From a bacterium (GTDB lineage Bacteria > Zhuqueibacterota > Zhuqueibacteria > Oceanimicrobiales > Oceanimicrobiaceae): DNA of 13,917 nt. Below the pieces are notes generated by a model that worked only from the letters and a program-made list of their open reading frames with translations, was not told where the DNA came from and ran no database searches. Position numbers and translations under genes: made by a program. Positions 13,874-13,917 of the stretch are shown piece by piece. The stretch lies in NCBI GenBank assembly GCA_046757165.1, contig JBHHXT010000117.1, positions 1-13,917 of the forward strand, in the 5' to 3' direction. Within the stretch, counting starts at the first letter, position 1; every line of letters begins with the position of its first letter.

Positions 13874-13917
13874 TTGGCTGTTGGCTTTTAGCTATTGGCT
13901 CTTGGCCAACGGCCAAC
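13874..13917. repeat. Second TTGGCTN heptamer inverted-repeat element, truncated by the window edge
   Basis: ttggctg ttggctt ttagcta ttggctc ttggc, then a switch to the reverse orientation (gccaacg gccaac). Starts 6 nt after the acs stop. Confidence 0.8.

Noticed and set aside
1..13917. CRISPR array, tRNA, rRNA or intact transposase
   Set aside because: No regularly spaced identical repeats with unique spacers, no cloverleaf or rRNA signatures, and no transposase ORF were seen.

Overview
A GC-rich bacterial chromosomal window. Strong Shine-Dalgarno sites and canonical sigma70 promoters together with SusC/SusD and GWxTD genes suggest a non-Bacteroidota FCB-group organism, e.g. KSB1/Calditrichota-like (inference). 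Minus strand: a partial lipoprotein gene (1-300), two tandem paralogous secreted GWxTD-domain genes (638-3893), and a SusC/SusD pair (4629-9198) with its own terminator and an apparent sigma54 promoter (-24/-12 box, IHF site, paired enhancer-like palindromes). Plus strand: a two-gene unit under a perfect sigma70 promoter, then acetyl-CoA synthetase (acs). The unit encodes a lipoprotein made of two tandem carboxypeptidase-propeptide-like repeats, followed by an M14 carboxypeptidase T-like enzyme that lacks its own propeptide; this is a candidate split, trans-acting pro-domain system. The intergenic DNA is crowded with small palindromic elements: an IS1380-like MITE carrying a GTAG-type REP doublet, a TACTA...TAGTA MITE-like shell carrying a nonamer-repeat-flanked GxxExxY pseudogene, three heptamer-periodic inverted-repeat elements, and an unexplained 101-bp double palindrome. 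All calls were made by eye; no database searches were run.
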